From positions 5,131 to 69,130 of the forward strand of contig SHLP01000006.1 of assembly GCA_004283055.1 (NCBI GenBank): a stretch of 64,000 nucleotides of DNA, written 5' to 3'. The DNA is from Deltaproteobacteria bacterium. Its GTDB lineage: Bacteria > Myxococcota_A > Polyangia > Polyangiales > Houyiibacteriaceae. Both the position numbers and the translations under genes were made by a program. Below are positions 36,788-46,667 of the stretch, in pieces (the first letter of the stretch is position 1; every line of letters starts with the position of its first letter). The notes beneath the pieces were generated by a model. The model was not told where the DNA came from. It did not search any database and saw only the letters and a list, made by a program, of their open reading frames with translations.

Positions 36788-37759
36788 ATGTCAGTAGCAC
36801 AGCAAGAAGAGGAGCTCTTTCCGGGCTATCCGCGTGGCTGGTTCGTGATCGGCGTGTCGGCCGAGCTCGCCGTCGGGGACGTGCGGCCGATCAGGTACTT
36901 CGGCCGGGAAATGGTTCTGTATCGCGCCCAAAGTGGCGCGCCTATCGTGCACGATGCGTTCTGTCCTCACCTAGGAGCACACCTCGGCCACGGCGGCAAA
37001 GTGGTCGGCGAAACGATTCAGTGCCCTTTTCACGCCTGGCGCTTCGATGAAACCGGTAAGTGTGTGGACGTCCCGTACGCCAAACGGATTCCCCCGCGCG
37101 CCTGCGTGAAGAACCGGCCGGTCCAGGAGCACAACGGTTTGATCTTCATGTGGAACGCGAGCGCCGAAGACGAAAAGCCGACATGGGAGATCCCCGACAT
37201 CCCGGAGTATGGAAGCGAAGGCTGGACCGATTGGGGGTCGGCCTTGATCGACATCAAGACGCATCCAAAGGAGATCGTCGAGAATCTGGCAGACAAGGGG
37301 CACTTTGGTCCGGTGCATGGCACCTGGGCCAACGAGTTTGGCAATGAGTTCAAAGGACACATCGGCATTCAGCGCGTAAAGGGGGTCGCGTACCCACGCG
37401 GAGGCGGTGAAGATCACTTCGAGCTCCAGTCGACGTACTACGGGCCAGGTTACATGCTCACCGAGATGCAGAGCGTGCTGCCCAACATCATGCTCTTGTG
37501 CCACACGCCGGTCGACCAGAGCCGGGTTCACGTTCGAATCGGCGCAATGATCGACATCTCGAACGTAAAAGAGGGCAAAGGGAAGTTTCTGGAAGGGTAC
37601 CGCGAAAACATCATCGTCGGCTTCAAGGAAGACATCGCAATCTGGGAGAATAAAAAATACCGAGCGCGACCGATTCTCTGCGATGGTGACGGCGATGTAG
37701 GAGCCCTGCGGCGCTGGTACCAGAAGTTCTACATGCCTCAGGCAGAGGTTGGATATTAG
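36788..37759 (+). CDS. Rieske [2Fe-2S] oxygenase, KshA-like (3-ketosteroid 9-alpha-monooxygenase oxygenase family)
   Basis: The start was set at ATG 36788. Rieske motif CPHLGAHLG...CPFHAWRF. Mononuclear iron motif DKGHFGPVH. C-terminal LRRWYQKFY. 323 aa, shorter than KshA as I recall it. Confidence 0.7.
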   Translation: MSVAQQEEELFPGYPRGWFVIGVSAELAVGDVRPIRYFGREMVLYRAQSGAPIVHDAFCPHLGAHLGHGGKVVGETIQCPFHAWRFDETGKCVDVPYAKRIPPRACVKNRPVQEHNGLIFMWNASAEDEKPTWEIPDIPEYGSEGWTDWGSALIDIKTHPKEIVENLADKGHFGPVHGTWANEFGNEFKGHIGIQRVKGVAYPRGGGEDHFELQSTYYGPGYMLTEMQSVLPNIMLLCHTPVDQSRVHVRIGAMIDISNVKEGKGKFLEGYRENIIVGFKEDIAIWENKKYRARPILCDGDGDVGALRRWYQKFYMPQAEVGY

Positions 37760-37761
37760 CC

Positions 37762-38340
37762 ATGGATGATCGAGCCAAGCGTATCGTTGAAACAGCCGTC
37801 GCACTTGCGGAGCGAGACGGATACCAGGCGGTTCGCCTGCGGGACGTTGCGGCCAGTGCCCAAGTTGCGCTGGGCACCGTCTATAAGCGCTTTGCCAGCA
37901 AAGAAGAGATCCTGATTGCCGCCCTCGAGCAGGAGAGCGAAAAGCTCGTGGCCAAGATTGGCAGAAAGCCCGTTCCCGGCGACGGCCCCCGGGAACGCGT
38001 GCACTTCGTCTTTTCGGCGCTCACCAAGGGGCTCTTGCGGCGACCCAATCTCGCAAAAGCGCTGGTCCGGTCTCTCGCTTCAGGTGACCCGAACATCACG
38101 GAGCGAGTAGCAAGCTTTCATGCGCTCATCACAGCAATGGTCATGGCTGCAATTCGCGGTGAGGCCGCATCAGAGCAGGCAGAATGGGGTGGGGACGTCG
38201 ACGAACGCGAGCGCACGATTGCGTCGATTCTGCAAAACGTTTGGTTTGCTTCGTTCGTTGGCTGGGCCGGCGGCTTGCACGAGGCGTCGCAGCTTCTCCT
38301 GGACATCGACAAGACGACCGAGCTCCTCTTGGCGGATTAG
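37762..38340 (+). CDS. TetR/AcrR family transcriptional regulator (KstR-like candidate)
   Basis: 192 aa. The N-terminal HTH is GYQAVRLRDVAASAQVALGTVYKRFASKEEIL. It starts 2 nt after the kshA-like stop. Confidence 0.85.
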   Translation: MDDRAKRIVETAVALAERDGYQAVRLRDVAASAQVALGTVYKRFASKEEILIAALEQESEKLVAKIGRKPVPGDGPRERVHFVFSALTKGLLRRPNLAKALVRSLASGDPNITERVASFHALITAMVMAAIRGEAASEQAEWGGDVDERERTIASILQNVWFASFVGWAGGLHEASQLLLDIDKTTELLLAD

Positions 38341-38377
38341 GTGAGGGCGCATCGACTCTGCTCTGCGATTTCGATGG

Positions 38378-40483
38378 GTGCTTCCTTGCCCGAAGGGCTG
38401 CGAGAACGCACTGGCGCAGGAAGTCAAAGACCTGGATATCGAGGTTGCGGACGTGCGCCCGACCGCGGTGCACGTTTCGGCGAGCTTGAAGGAGGGCTAT
38501 CGTCTTTGCCTGTGGTCGCGGGTGGCCTCACGTGTTCTGCTTCCGCTTCTCGAGCTCGACGCCGACGATGATACGGCGCTCTATGAGGCCCTGCGAGCGG
38601 TTCCCTGGTGGGAGCATTTCGACGCGAAGCAGACCTTTGCCATTGGCACCTCACAGGCCCCGAAGAGCGCATTCCCCTCGCACTACTGGGTGCAACGCGC
38701 GAAAGACGCGATTGTCGATACCTTTCGCGATCATGGAGGCGCGCGTCCGAGCATCGATAAGAAAGCGCCGGCGATTCGGCTGCACCTGCACATCGGCGAA
38801 CGCCAGCACGAGCTTGCTCTCGATTTCTCGGGGGAGGCCTTGCACCGGCGTGGCTACCGCAGAGCGGGAGGGAAGGCGCCCCTCAAAGAAAACCTGGCCG
38901 CCGCGATTCTCTACGTCGCCGGATGGCCCGAGGCCGCCCGGCAAGGGCTTTCCCTCATGGACCCCACCTGCGGCTCCGGTACATTTCTGATCGAAGGGGC
39001 CCTCATGGCGACCAACGTTGCTCCGGGGCTCCTGCGCGAGCGTTTCGGCTTCGAGCACTGGCGCAAGCACGATGCTTTGGCATTCAGAGCCGAGCGAGAT
39101 GCGGCGCGGATGGCTCGACGGGCTTCGTGTCCGGCTCGAATCTTCGGCTGCGACGCATCCGAGCAGGCGCTGGCTTATGCCCGGGAGAACCTCGCCGCGG
39201 CAGGTGTCGAACAGCACGTATCGCTAACGCTCAAAGAGCTCACCGAGATCCAAAGACCGACCGACGCGGGCATTTTGGTCTGCAATCCACCGTACGGTCA
39301 CCGCTTGGGCGACGAGGGGACTCTCTTTTTGTTTTACCAGTCGCTCGGAGATGCTCTCAAGCGAGCTTTCGACGGATGGACCGCCTACGTGTTTGCCGCT
39401 CATGGAGGCAACCTCAAGCACCTCGGCCTCCGGCCTTCGCGCCGGCACGTTCTCTATAACGGTGCAATCGAATGTCGCTTGGTGGAGATCCCCGTGAGGG
39501 GAGCGACGGCTGGCGAATCTGCCAAGCCACCCGCCTGGAGAAAGCCGAGCGACAAAGCGTCGATGTTCGCCAACCGAATACGGAAGAACAAGAAGAAATG
39601 GGGACGCTGGGCGAAGCGCAACGGAGTCGAATGCTACCGGATCTACGATGCCGACATCCCCGAATACCACGTCGCGGTCGACCTCTACGGCCCCAGGGCC
39701 GTGGTGCACATCTTCCAGAAGGAACGAGACGCAGACGATGATCGGGCCAAGCAGCGGGTGCAGGATGTCCTTCTGACGCTTCCCGAGGCACTAGCGATCG
39801 ACCCCGGCGACCTCGTGGTGAAGGTCCGACGCAAGCACGAGCAAGGCGACCAGTACGCCCGCATCTCCCAAGGGGACAGCGACATGGTCGTGAGCGAAGG
39901 CGAGCTTCGCTTCGTAGTCAACGTGGAGGACCGAATCGATACAGGCCTATTTCTCGATCACCGGACCGTTCGCGCCTACGCGCACGAGCGCTGCGAGGGC
40001 AAGCGCATGCTCAATCTCTTTGCGTACACCTGCTCGGTGAGCGTGGCGGCGGCGGTGGGTGGAGCCAAGCAAACCAGCAGCGTCGACCTGTCCAACACCT
40101 ACTTGGACTGGGGAAAAAAGAACTTCGAAGCCAACGGCGTCGACCCCGCGATGCACCGATTCATTCGCGACGATGCTACCCGCTGGATCGCCCGCGACCG
40201 CAACAGCTACGACTGGATATTCATCAATCCGCCTACGTTCTCGCGCTCCAAGATGAGCAAACGCGCTTTCAACATCCACAAAGACCACAAGAGCTTGCTC
40301 GGCGACGCCATGAGCTCCCTCGACACCAAGGGAGAGCTGCTCTTCACGACCCACGCGCGGGCCTTCGAACTAGACGAAGCGATCAGAAAGCGCTTCCGAG
40401 TCGAGGACGCGACCAAGGAATTCGTGCCGCCCGACTTCGTGAGGTATCCGTTCCAGGCGTTTCGTATCAGGCGTCGAGCTTGA
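38378..40483 (+). CDS. rlmL: Bifunctional 23S rRNA (guanine-N2/guanine-N7) methyltransferase RlmKL
   Basis: 701 aa with a GTG start. The N-terminus is THUMP-like (LWSRVASRVLLPL). Motif VCNPPYGHRLG. A second SAM methyltransferase domain is in the C-terminal half. Confidence 0.85.
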   Translation: MLPCPKGCENALAQEVKDLDIEVADVRPTAVHVSASLKEGYRLCLWSRVASRVLLPLLELDADDDTALYEALRAVPWWEHFDAKQTFAIGTSQAPKSAFPSHYWVQRAKDAIVDTFRDHGGARPSIDKKAPAIRLHLHIGERQHELALDFSGEALHRRGYRRAGGKAPLKENLAAAILYVAGWPEAARQGLSLMDPTCGSGTFLIEGALMATNVAPGLLRERFGFEHWRKHDALAFRAERDAARMARRASCPARIFGCDASEQALAYARENLAAAGVEQHVSLTLKELTEIQRPTDAGILVCNPPYGHRLGDEGTLFLFYQSLGDALKRAFDGWTAYVFAAHGGNLKHLGLRPSRRHVLYNGAIECRLVEIPVRGATAGESAKPPAWRKPSDKASMFANRIRKNKKKWGRWAKRNGVECYRIYDADIPEYHVAVDLYGPRAVVHIFQKERDADDDRAKQRVQDVLLTLPEALAIDPGDLVVKVRRKHEQGDQYARISQGDSDMVVSEGELRFVVNVEDRIDTGLFLDHRTVRAYAHERCEGKRMLNLFAYTCSVSVAAAVGGAKQTSSVDLSNTYLDWGKKNFEANGVDPAMHRFIRDDATRWIARDRNSYDWIFINPPTFSRSKMSKRAFNIHKDHKSLLGDAMSSLDTKGELLFTTHARAFELDEAIRKRFRVEDATKEFVPPDFVRYPFQAFRIRRRA

Positions 40484-41339
40484 ACACGCGCACCGCGTTG
40501 TCGCGAAGGAACTTCGGCCAGACCTCGTCTTTGAAGGGCACCTTCTGCATTTCAGTGAAGATGCGCTCGAGTGAGAGCCCCATCGGGAAATAGCCGGCGT
40601 ACATGATCTTGTCGGCGCCGCGGGTATTCGCGTAGTCGACGATCGCTTTCGGGTAGTGCTTCGGAGCGAACGCGCTCGTGCTGTAGTAGAGGTTGGGGTA
40701 CTTGAGCATGAGCTTGACCGCGAGGTCGACCCAGGGCTCGCCCCCGTGTCGCATCACGAATTTGAGCTCTGGGAAAAACCAGCACACCTCGTCGATGTGC
40801 TCGACCTTTTGCGGCGCCATCGGGATTCTCGGGCCGGGGACGCCCACGCAGAGGCAGATGGGAATGTCTAGGTCAACGCAGGTCGCGTAGATCGGATAGT
40901 ACTTCTTGTCGTTGAGCGGGACCTGTGGGCAGAGGCCCGAGGGAAAGCCCGTCACGGCTTTGAGGCCATGGTCCTTGTGGAGCTGCCGAATCTTGCGGAC
41001 CTCATCCATCCCGTTGTTTGGATTCGCGCCGTACGAGGGGAAAAAACGATCCGGCCGCTTCTGGCAGGCCTCGAGGTTCGCCGAGTTGGGTCCGGAAATG
41101 CCCAGCATGGCTTGCTCGACCCCCCATTTGTCCATTTGGCCAATGGCGTACTGGACATAGTCCTTCTGATCGCCGATCTCCGGGATATCCTTGAACATGT
41201 ACTGGGCCGGCATCTTGAAGGCCTTCCGGCTCTCCTCATCGAGCAGCAGCGGCTTGATGAACTCGTACCAGGCCGTCGGATCCCCGTCCGGGATGTTCAT
41301 CATCAGATCGATTGCTCTGAGACCGGTCGGTATCGGCAT
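40467..41339 (-). CDS. Amidohydrolase-2 family metal-dependent hydrolase/decarboxylase
   Basis: 290 aa with a TIM-barrel amidohydrolase pattern (MRHGGEPW, ADKIMYAGYFP). It overlaps the rlmKL 3' end convergently by 17 nt. Confidence 0.7.
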   Translation of the reverse strand: MPIPTGLRAIDLMMNIPDGDPTAWYEFIKPLLLDEESRKAFKMPAQYMFKDIPEIGDQKDYVQYAIGQMDKWGVEQAMLGISGPNSANLEACQKRPDRFFPSYGANPNNGMDEVRKIRQLHKDHGLKAVTGFPSGLCPQVPLNDKKYYPIYATCVDLDIPICLCVGVPGPRIPMAPQKVEHIDEVCWFFPELKFVMRHGGEPWVDLAVKLMLKYPNLYYSTSAFAPKHYPKAIVDYANTRGADKIMYAGYFPMGLSLERIFTEMQKVPFKDEVWPKFLRDNAVRVFKLDA

Positions 41340-41417
41340 GAAATAGCGTCCTTTCGGTGTCTCCCGCGGAGCCCTATGATGAAAAGCGGCCCACTGGACA
41401 TGTGCCCGCCCGTGGGC

Positions 41418-41431
41418 TAGAACACGTTCTA
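41418..41431. promoter_or_regulatory. KstR-type operator candidate TAGAACACGTTCTA (perfect palindrome)
   Basis: It lies in the divergent intergenic region between the amidohydrolase (start 41339) and the hsaA-like gene. Confidence 0.65.
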
Positions 41432-41464
41432 GTTTATGGACCGGCGCGCAGCACCTGTAAAGCG

Positions 41465-42715
41465 ATGAATGTAGACACCATCACACGCCCGCGGCTCGAG
41501 CCGATGGCCCCTGGAGAAAGCATCATGGACGGAGATCATAGCCCCATCCCGACGCGCGACGAGCTGATTCAGCGTGCCCGAGATTTGGCGCCGAAGCTGC
41601 GCGAGCGCTCCGAGAAGACTTCCGAGCTGCGGCGGCTCCCGGACGAGACCATCGAGGACTTCCATCGCCTCGGGTTCTTCAAAGTCGTCCAACCCAAACG
41701 CTACGGCGGCTACGAGATGGACCCGTCCATCATCTTCGACCTGCAGCTCGAGCTGGGGCGCGGCTGCGCTTCCAGCGCGTGGGTCTACGGTGTGCTGAAC
41801 GTTCACTCTTGGCAGCTATCGCTTTTCCCTCAAGAGGCTCAGGACGAGGTCTGGCGTGCGAATCCGAGAACGCTGATCTCCTCGTCGTACATGCCGGTCG
41901 CCGAGACGGAATGGGTCGACGGTGGCGTCAAGCTCAGCGGTCGATGGTCGTTCTCGAGCGGCTGTGATTTCTGCGAATGGGCGTTCCTCGGCGGCTTCGT
42001 GCCGACGGAAGAAGGCAAGCCCCCCGACATGCGAACCTTCCTCGTGCCGCGCTCGGACTACGAAATCATCGACAACTGGCACGTCACCGGCTTGCGGGGC
42101 TCTGGCAGCAAGGACGTGCTGGTCGACGGCGCCTTCGTGCCTGACCATCGCATGCACAAGTTCTCCGATGGGTTCAGGCAAAAGAGCCCCGGCAACGAAA
42201 TCAATCCATCACCTGTCTACAAGTACCCGTTCGGCCAAATCCACGTGCGTTCCGTGTCGACGCCTGCCGTTGGGGCCGCCTTTGGCGCGCTCGACGCCTA
42301 CGTCGATTTCATGAAGACCAAGGTGTCCCAGGCGACCGGCGGCAAAGCAAAGGACTCGTTTACGAACAGCCTCGTTGCCGCGGAGGCCACGGCCGCGCTC
42401 GACCGTGAGGTTTTGGCCTTGCGGCGTAACTTCCAAGAAATGTTCGGCTATCTCGAAAACGGAGAGAAAATCCCGCTCGATCGACGCGTTCACTTTCGAA
42501 ACGACTCAGCCCGCGCGGTCCGAGTATCGACCGAGGTGGTAGAGCAACTGTTCGTCGCCTGCGGCGCCCGCGCAGCCTTCGTAGACCACCCGGTCAATCG
42601 TCACTTCCAAGACATCCACGCGATTCGCTTGCACCATGCAAACGGGCCCGATGGACCGGCGGCCAACATGGGTGGCGTGCTCTTCGGCCAGAGCAACTCC
42701 GACTTCTTCATCTAG
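41465..42715 (+). CDS. Flavin-dependent monooxygenase, oxygenase component (HsaA/HpaB-C2-like, acyl-CoA dehydrogenase fold)
   Basis: The start must lie downstream of the operator. ATG 41465 was chosen, and later ATGs are possible. Pattern SELRRLPDETIEDFHRLGFFKVVQPKRYGGYEMD. Confidence 0.7.
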   Translation: MNVDTITRPRLEPMAPGESIMDGDHSPIPTRDELIQRARDLAPKLRERSEKTSELRRLPDETIEDFHRLGFFKVVQPKRYGGYEMDPSIIFDLQLELGRGCASSAWVYGVLNVHSWQLSLFPQEAQDEVWRANPRTLISSSYMPVAETEWVDGGVKLSGRWSFSSGCDFCEWAFLGGFVPTEEGKPPDMRTFLVPRSDYEIIDNWHVTGLRGSGSKDVLVDGAFVPDHRMHKFSDGFRQKSPGNEINPSPVYKYPFGQIHVRSVSTPAVGAAFGALDAYVDFMKTKVSQATGGKAKDSFTNSLVAAEATAALDREVLALRRNFQEMFGYLENGEKIPLDRRVHFRNDSARAVRVSTEVVEQLFVACGARAAFVDHPVNRHFQDIHAIRLHHANGPDGPAANMGGVLFGQSNSDFFI

Positions 42716-42720
42716 TAGGC

Positions 42721-43521
42721 ATGAACGATGCGGCGAGACGACAAAAAATCGAGCAACTCGGAGACGAGTTGTTTGAAGCTTTGCGGTCCCGTCGAACGCT
42801 GACCCCACTCACCGAACGCTGGCCGGACATGCGGATCGAGGACGCTTACCACGTGTCTCTGCGCATGTTGAACCGTCGTATCGAGGACGATGGCGAAAGA
42901 GTCATCGGCAAGAAGATCGGCGTGACCAGCCGTGCCGTGCAGGAAATGCTTGGCGTCTTTCAGCCCGACTTCGGTTACCTCACAGACAAGATGCTGGTTC
43001 CGAACGGCGGGCCAATGCCGATCAGCGAGCAGCTCATCCAGCCGCGCGCCGAAGGGGAGATCGCCTTCAGGCTCAAAAAAGACCTCGTGGGCCCCGGCGT
43101 TACCAACGACGATGTCCTGGACGCGACTGACTACGTGATGGCTTGTTTCGAGGTCGTCGACAGCCGTGTTCACGAGTGGAACGTGAAGATCCAAGACACC
43201 GTGGCCGACAACGCCAGCTGCGGCCTATTCGTCCTCGGTGATGAGCACGCAGATCCGCAGGCGCTCGATTTCCCGAATCTCAAGATGCGAGTCTACAAGA
43301 ACGGCGAGTTGCTGAGCGAGGGCGTGGGCTCGGCGGCGCTCGACTCGCCTCTGAACTGCGTGAGCTGGCTGGCCAATACCCTTTCGGAGTTCGGAATCAG
43401 CCTGAATGCGGGCGAGCTCGTGCTCTCCGGCTCGTTGGTGCCCCTCGAGCCCGTGGTCGCAGGCGACGAGATGCGCCTCGAAGTCGAAGGGCTCGGCACT
43501 GCATCGGTGCAGTTCACCTGA
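42721..43521 (+). CDS. 2-keto-4-pentenoate (2-hydroxypentadienoate) hydratase (MhpD/HsaE type)
   Basis: 266 aa. Pattern [19 protein letters not shown]...EGEIAF. Confidence 0.85.
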   Translation: MNDAARRQKIEQLGDELFEALRSRRTLTPLTERWPDMRIEDAYHVSLRMLNRRIEDDGERVIGKKIGVTSRAVQEMLGVFQPDFGYLTDKMLVPNGGPMPISEQLIQPRAEGEIAFRLKKDLVGPGVTNDDVLDATDYVMACFEVVDSRVHEWNVKIQDTVADNASCGLFVLGDEHADPQALDFPNLKMRVYKNGELLSEGVGSAALDSPLNCVSWLANTLSEFGISLNAGELVLSGSLVPLEPVVAGDEMRLEVEGLGTASVQFT

Positions 43522-43535
43522 GGGAGCGGGCAGAG

Positions 43536-44432
43536 ATGACGACGAAAGTGAAAGCAGCGATCATCGGTTCCGGGAACATCGGCACCGACCTCCTCTACAA
43601 AGCGCTTCGAAGCGAAATCATCGAACCTGTCTGGATGGTGGGCATCGATCCTCAATCCGAGGGGCTTCGGCGAGCCAAAGAGCTCGGCCTCAAGACGACG
43701 GCCGAGGGCGTGGAGGGCATGGAGCCCCACATCGCTGAGGACAAAGTGCAGATCGCCTGGGACGCGACGAGCGCGTACGTACATGAGTCAAACAATGCCG
43801 CGTTGAAGAAGTACGGCGTGAAAATGGTCGACCTCACGCCTGCCGCCATAGGTCCTTTCTGTGTGCCACCGGTCAACCTCCGCGAGATGGTCGGGCGCTC
43901 CGAGCAAAACGTGAATATGGTGACCTGCGGGGGGCAGGCGACCATCCCGATGGTTGCAGCCGTCAGTCGCGTTCAGCCGGTGGAGTACGGAGAGATCATT
44001 GCTACGGTCTCCTCGAAGTCCGCCGGGCCTGGAACGCGCAAGAACATCGACGAGTTCACGCGCACCACGGCAAAGGGCGTCGAGGTCGTGGGCGGCGCGA
44101 AGCGCGGGAAGGCGATCATCATCATCAATCCCGCGGAGCCGCCTCTCATCATGCGGGACACGATTCACTGCCTCACCGAGGCCCCCCCGAAGCAAAACGA
44201 GATCATCGAATCGGCGAGGCAGATGATCGCAGAGGTCCAGAAGTATGTTCCCGGCTACAAACTGAAGAACGGCCCGGTCTTCGATGGCAATCGCGTATCG
44301 TTCTTCATGGAAGTCGAGGGGCTCGGCGACTTCTTGCCGAAGTATGCTGGCAATCTCGACATCATGACGGCCGCGGGTTTGCGGACCGCAGAGCTCATCG
44401 CTGAGGAAATCCAGCGCGCGGAGGCAGCATGA
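43536..44432 (+). CDS. Acetaldehyde dehydrogenase (acetylating) (MhpF/HsaG type)
   Basis: 298 aa. [14 protein letters not shown] and [14 protein letters not shown] motifs. Confidence 0.9.
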   Translation: MTTKVKAAIIGSGNIGTDLLYKALRSEIIEPVWMVGIDPQSEGLRRAKELGLKTTAEGVEGMEPHIAEDKVQIAWDATSAYVHESNNAALKKYGVKMVDLTPAAIGPFCVPPVNLREMVGRSEQNVNMVTCGGQATIPMVAAVSRVQPVEYGEIIATVSSKSAGPGTRKNIDEFTRTTAKGVEVVGGAKRGKAIIIINPAEPPLIMRDTIHCLTEAPPKQNEIIESARQMIAEVQKYVPGYKLKNGPVFDGNRVSFFMEVEGLGDFLPKYAGNLDIMTAAGLRTAELIAEEIQRAEAA

Positions 44433-45457
44433 ATCTTCAGGGTAAGAGAGTTACGCTCCACGACATGAGCCTGCGCGACGGGATGCATCCCCAGCGCCAC
44501 CAGCTCACGCCCGCGCAAATGGTGGAAGTGGCGACGGCGCTCGACGCGGCGGGTGTACCGCTCATCGAGGTGACGCATGGCGACGGGCTCGGCGGAGCGT
44601 CCGTGAACTACGGCTTCCCGGCGGCGAGCGACGAGGAATACCTCCGGGCGGTCGTTCCGAAGATGAGCACCGCCAAGATTTCGGCCCTGCTGATCCCGGG
44701 TATCGGCACGGTGGATCATCTCCGGATGGCGCGTGATTGCGGGGTGGAAACAATCCGCGTCGCCACACATTGTACGGAGGCAGATGTGTCGGAGCAGCAC
44801 ATCAGCCTGGGCGCCAAAATGGAGATGGACACGGTGGGCTTCTTGATGATGGCGCACATGATCCCGCCTGAGGCGCTCCTCGAGCAGGCCGAGCTCATGC
44901 AAGGCTACGGCGCAAACTGCCTCTACATCACCGACTCAGCCGGGTACATGCTTCCCGACGATGTGACGGCCAGGGTCGGCCTGCTTCGCGAAAAGCTCGA
45001 TGCAGACGTCGAGGTAGGTTTCCATGGCCACCACAACATGCACATGGGGATCGCAAACTCGCTTGCGGCCATCGAAGCTGGCGCCGCACGAATTGACGGC
45101 TCCGTCGCGGGGATGGGCGCGGGCGCCGGCAACACGCCGCTCGAAGCATTCGTAGCCGTCTTGCACCGAATGGGCGTCGAGACGGGCGTCGACATGTGGA
45201 AGTTGATGGATGTGGCCGAGGAGATCGTCTATCCGCTGATGACGCACAAGGTTCGCGTCGATCGTGACTCGCTGACGCTTGGCTACGCGGGAGTCTACTC
45301 ATCCTTCTTGCTTCACGCGAAGCGTGCTGCCGAGAAGTACGGTCTCAAGTCGACCGACATTCTGGTAGAGCTGGGCCGGATGAAGACCGTTGGCGGCCAA
45401 GAAGACATGATCGAGGACGTCGCCCTCGACATGAAGAAGGCCGGAGCCGCAGAGTGA
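44429..45457 (+). CDS. 4-hydroxy-2-oxovalerate aldolase (MhpE/HsaF type)
   Basis: 342 aa with an ATGA overlap to the dehydrogenase. Pattern [11 protein letters not shown]...[10 protein letters not shown]. Confidence 0.9.
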   Translation: MNLQGKRVTLHDMSLRDGMHPQRHQLTPAQMVEVATALDAAGVPLIEVTHGDGLGGASVNYGFPAASDEEYLRAVVPKMSTAKISALLIPGIGTVDHLRMARDCGVETIRVATHCTEADVSEQHISLGAKMEMDTVGFLMMAHMIPPEALLEQAELMQGYGANCLYITDSAGYMLPDDVTARVGLLREKLDADVEVGFHGHHNMHMGIANSLAAIEAGAARIDGSVAGMGAGAGNTPLEAFVAVLHRMGVETGVDMWKLMDVAEEIVYPLMTHKVRVDRDSLTLGYAGVYSSFLLHAKRAAEKYGLKSTDILVELGRMKTVGGQEDMIEDVALDMKKAGAAE

Positions 45458-45461
45458 CCGC

Positions 45462-46667
45462 GTGACTGATTTGGAAGCATTTCGCGCCGAAGCGCGCGCT
45501 TGGGTCGTCGAAAACGCGCCGAAGTCGCTCTGGGGCACGAGCGCCAGCGGCCCCTTTGAAGGCTACTGGGGCGGGTCCAAGTGCGAGCAGACCGACCCCG
45601 ATCTTCTTCGCTGGCGTGACCTTGGAATCGAAAAGCGATGGACGGCCCCGTCCTGGCCCGAGGAATACGGCGGCGGCGGCCTCAGTCGCGAACAGGAGCT
45701 CATCATCCACGAGGAGATGAAGGCGATCGGCGTGCCGCGTCCTGTCGGGGGGCAGGGACTCGCCATGTTCGGCCCGGTCCTCCTCCAATATGGGAACGAC
45801 GCGCAGCGAGCGCAGCATCTGCCTCCAATTGCGCGAGCCGAGGTGCGTTGGTGTCAGGGCTACTCGGAGCCAAATGCTGGCTCCGATCTAGCGAACCTTC
45901 AGCTCAAGGCGGCGCGCAACGGTGACGAGCTGGTGCTCAATGGCCAAAAAATCTGGACTTCGCACGCCAACCTGAGCGACTGGATCTACTGCCTCGCGCG
46001 AACCGATCCGAGCGCGCCCAAGAAGCAGATGGGCATTTCGGTCATTTTGGTGGACCTCGACACACCGGGGATCACCGTGCGACGAATCGATCTCATCAGC
46101 GGCTACTCGCCCTTCTGCGAAACCTTCTTCGACAACGTCCGTGTGCCGGCGGGTAATCTCGTTGGTGTCGAGAACGAAGGCTGGACAATCGCCAAAGCGA
46201 TTCTCGGCTATGAGCGCTCGTCCATCGGGCGCTCGATCGCCCGCCAGCCCGGGTCGGCGCAGCGCGAAGTCGTGGCCAGGGCACGGAGGCATCTGTCCGT
46301 GCCGGAAGGCGTCATTCCCGATCCATTGCTGCGCGACGAGCTGGCAGCTCTGGGGATGCTCGAAGAGGCGTTCCACCTCACGCTTGCGCGCATTCAACAG
46401 AGCGCCGAGTCAGGCACCCCTGGACCTGAGGGCTCCATCACGAAGATCGTAGGGTCCGAGCTCAAGCAGAGGCGATTCGAGCTCGGAATGAAGGTCGCGG
46501 GTGCGCAGGGGCTCGGCTGGGAAGGGCCGGGCTTCGACGAAGACGACCTTCAGTACACGCGGGACTGGCTGCGATCGCGCGCAAGCACGATTGAAGGAGG
46601 CTCGTCGGAGATTCAAAAGAACATCGTCTCCAAGCGGGTGCTCGGCCTGCCCGAGGGCAAGAAATGA
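45462..46667 (+). CDS. Acyl-CoA dehydrogenase family protein (C-terminal IEGGSSEIQKNIV)
   Basis: 401 aa with a GTG start. Confidence 0.85.
   Translation: MTDLEAFRAEARAWVVENAPKSLWGTSASGPFEGYWGGSKCEQTDPDLLRWRDLGIEKRWTAPSWPEEYGGGGLSREQELIIHEEMKAIGVPRPVGGQGLAMFGPVLLQYGNDAQRAQHLPPIARAEVRWCQGYSEPNAGSDLANLQLKAARNGDELVLNGQKIWTSHANLSDWIYCLARTDPSAPKKQMGISVILVDLDTPGITVRRIDLISGYSPFCETFFDNVRVPAGNLVGVENEGWTIAKAILGYERSSIGRSIARQPGSAQREVVARARRHLSVPEGVIPDPLLRDELAALGMLEEAFHLTLARIQQSAESGTPGPEGSITKIVGSELKQRRFELGMKVAGAQGLGWEGPGFDEDDLQYTRDWLRSRASTIEGGSSEIQKNIVSKRVLGLPEGKK

Noticed and set aside
40467-40483. A 17-nt convergent overlap of the rlmKL and amidohydrolase 3' ends, considered as a possible annotation error or antisense regulation.
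   Set aside because: Both reading frames are supported by family motifs up to their C-termini, and short convergent overlaps are common in compact high-GC genomes.
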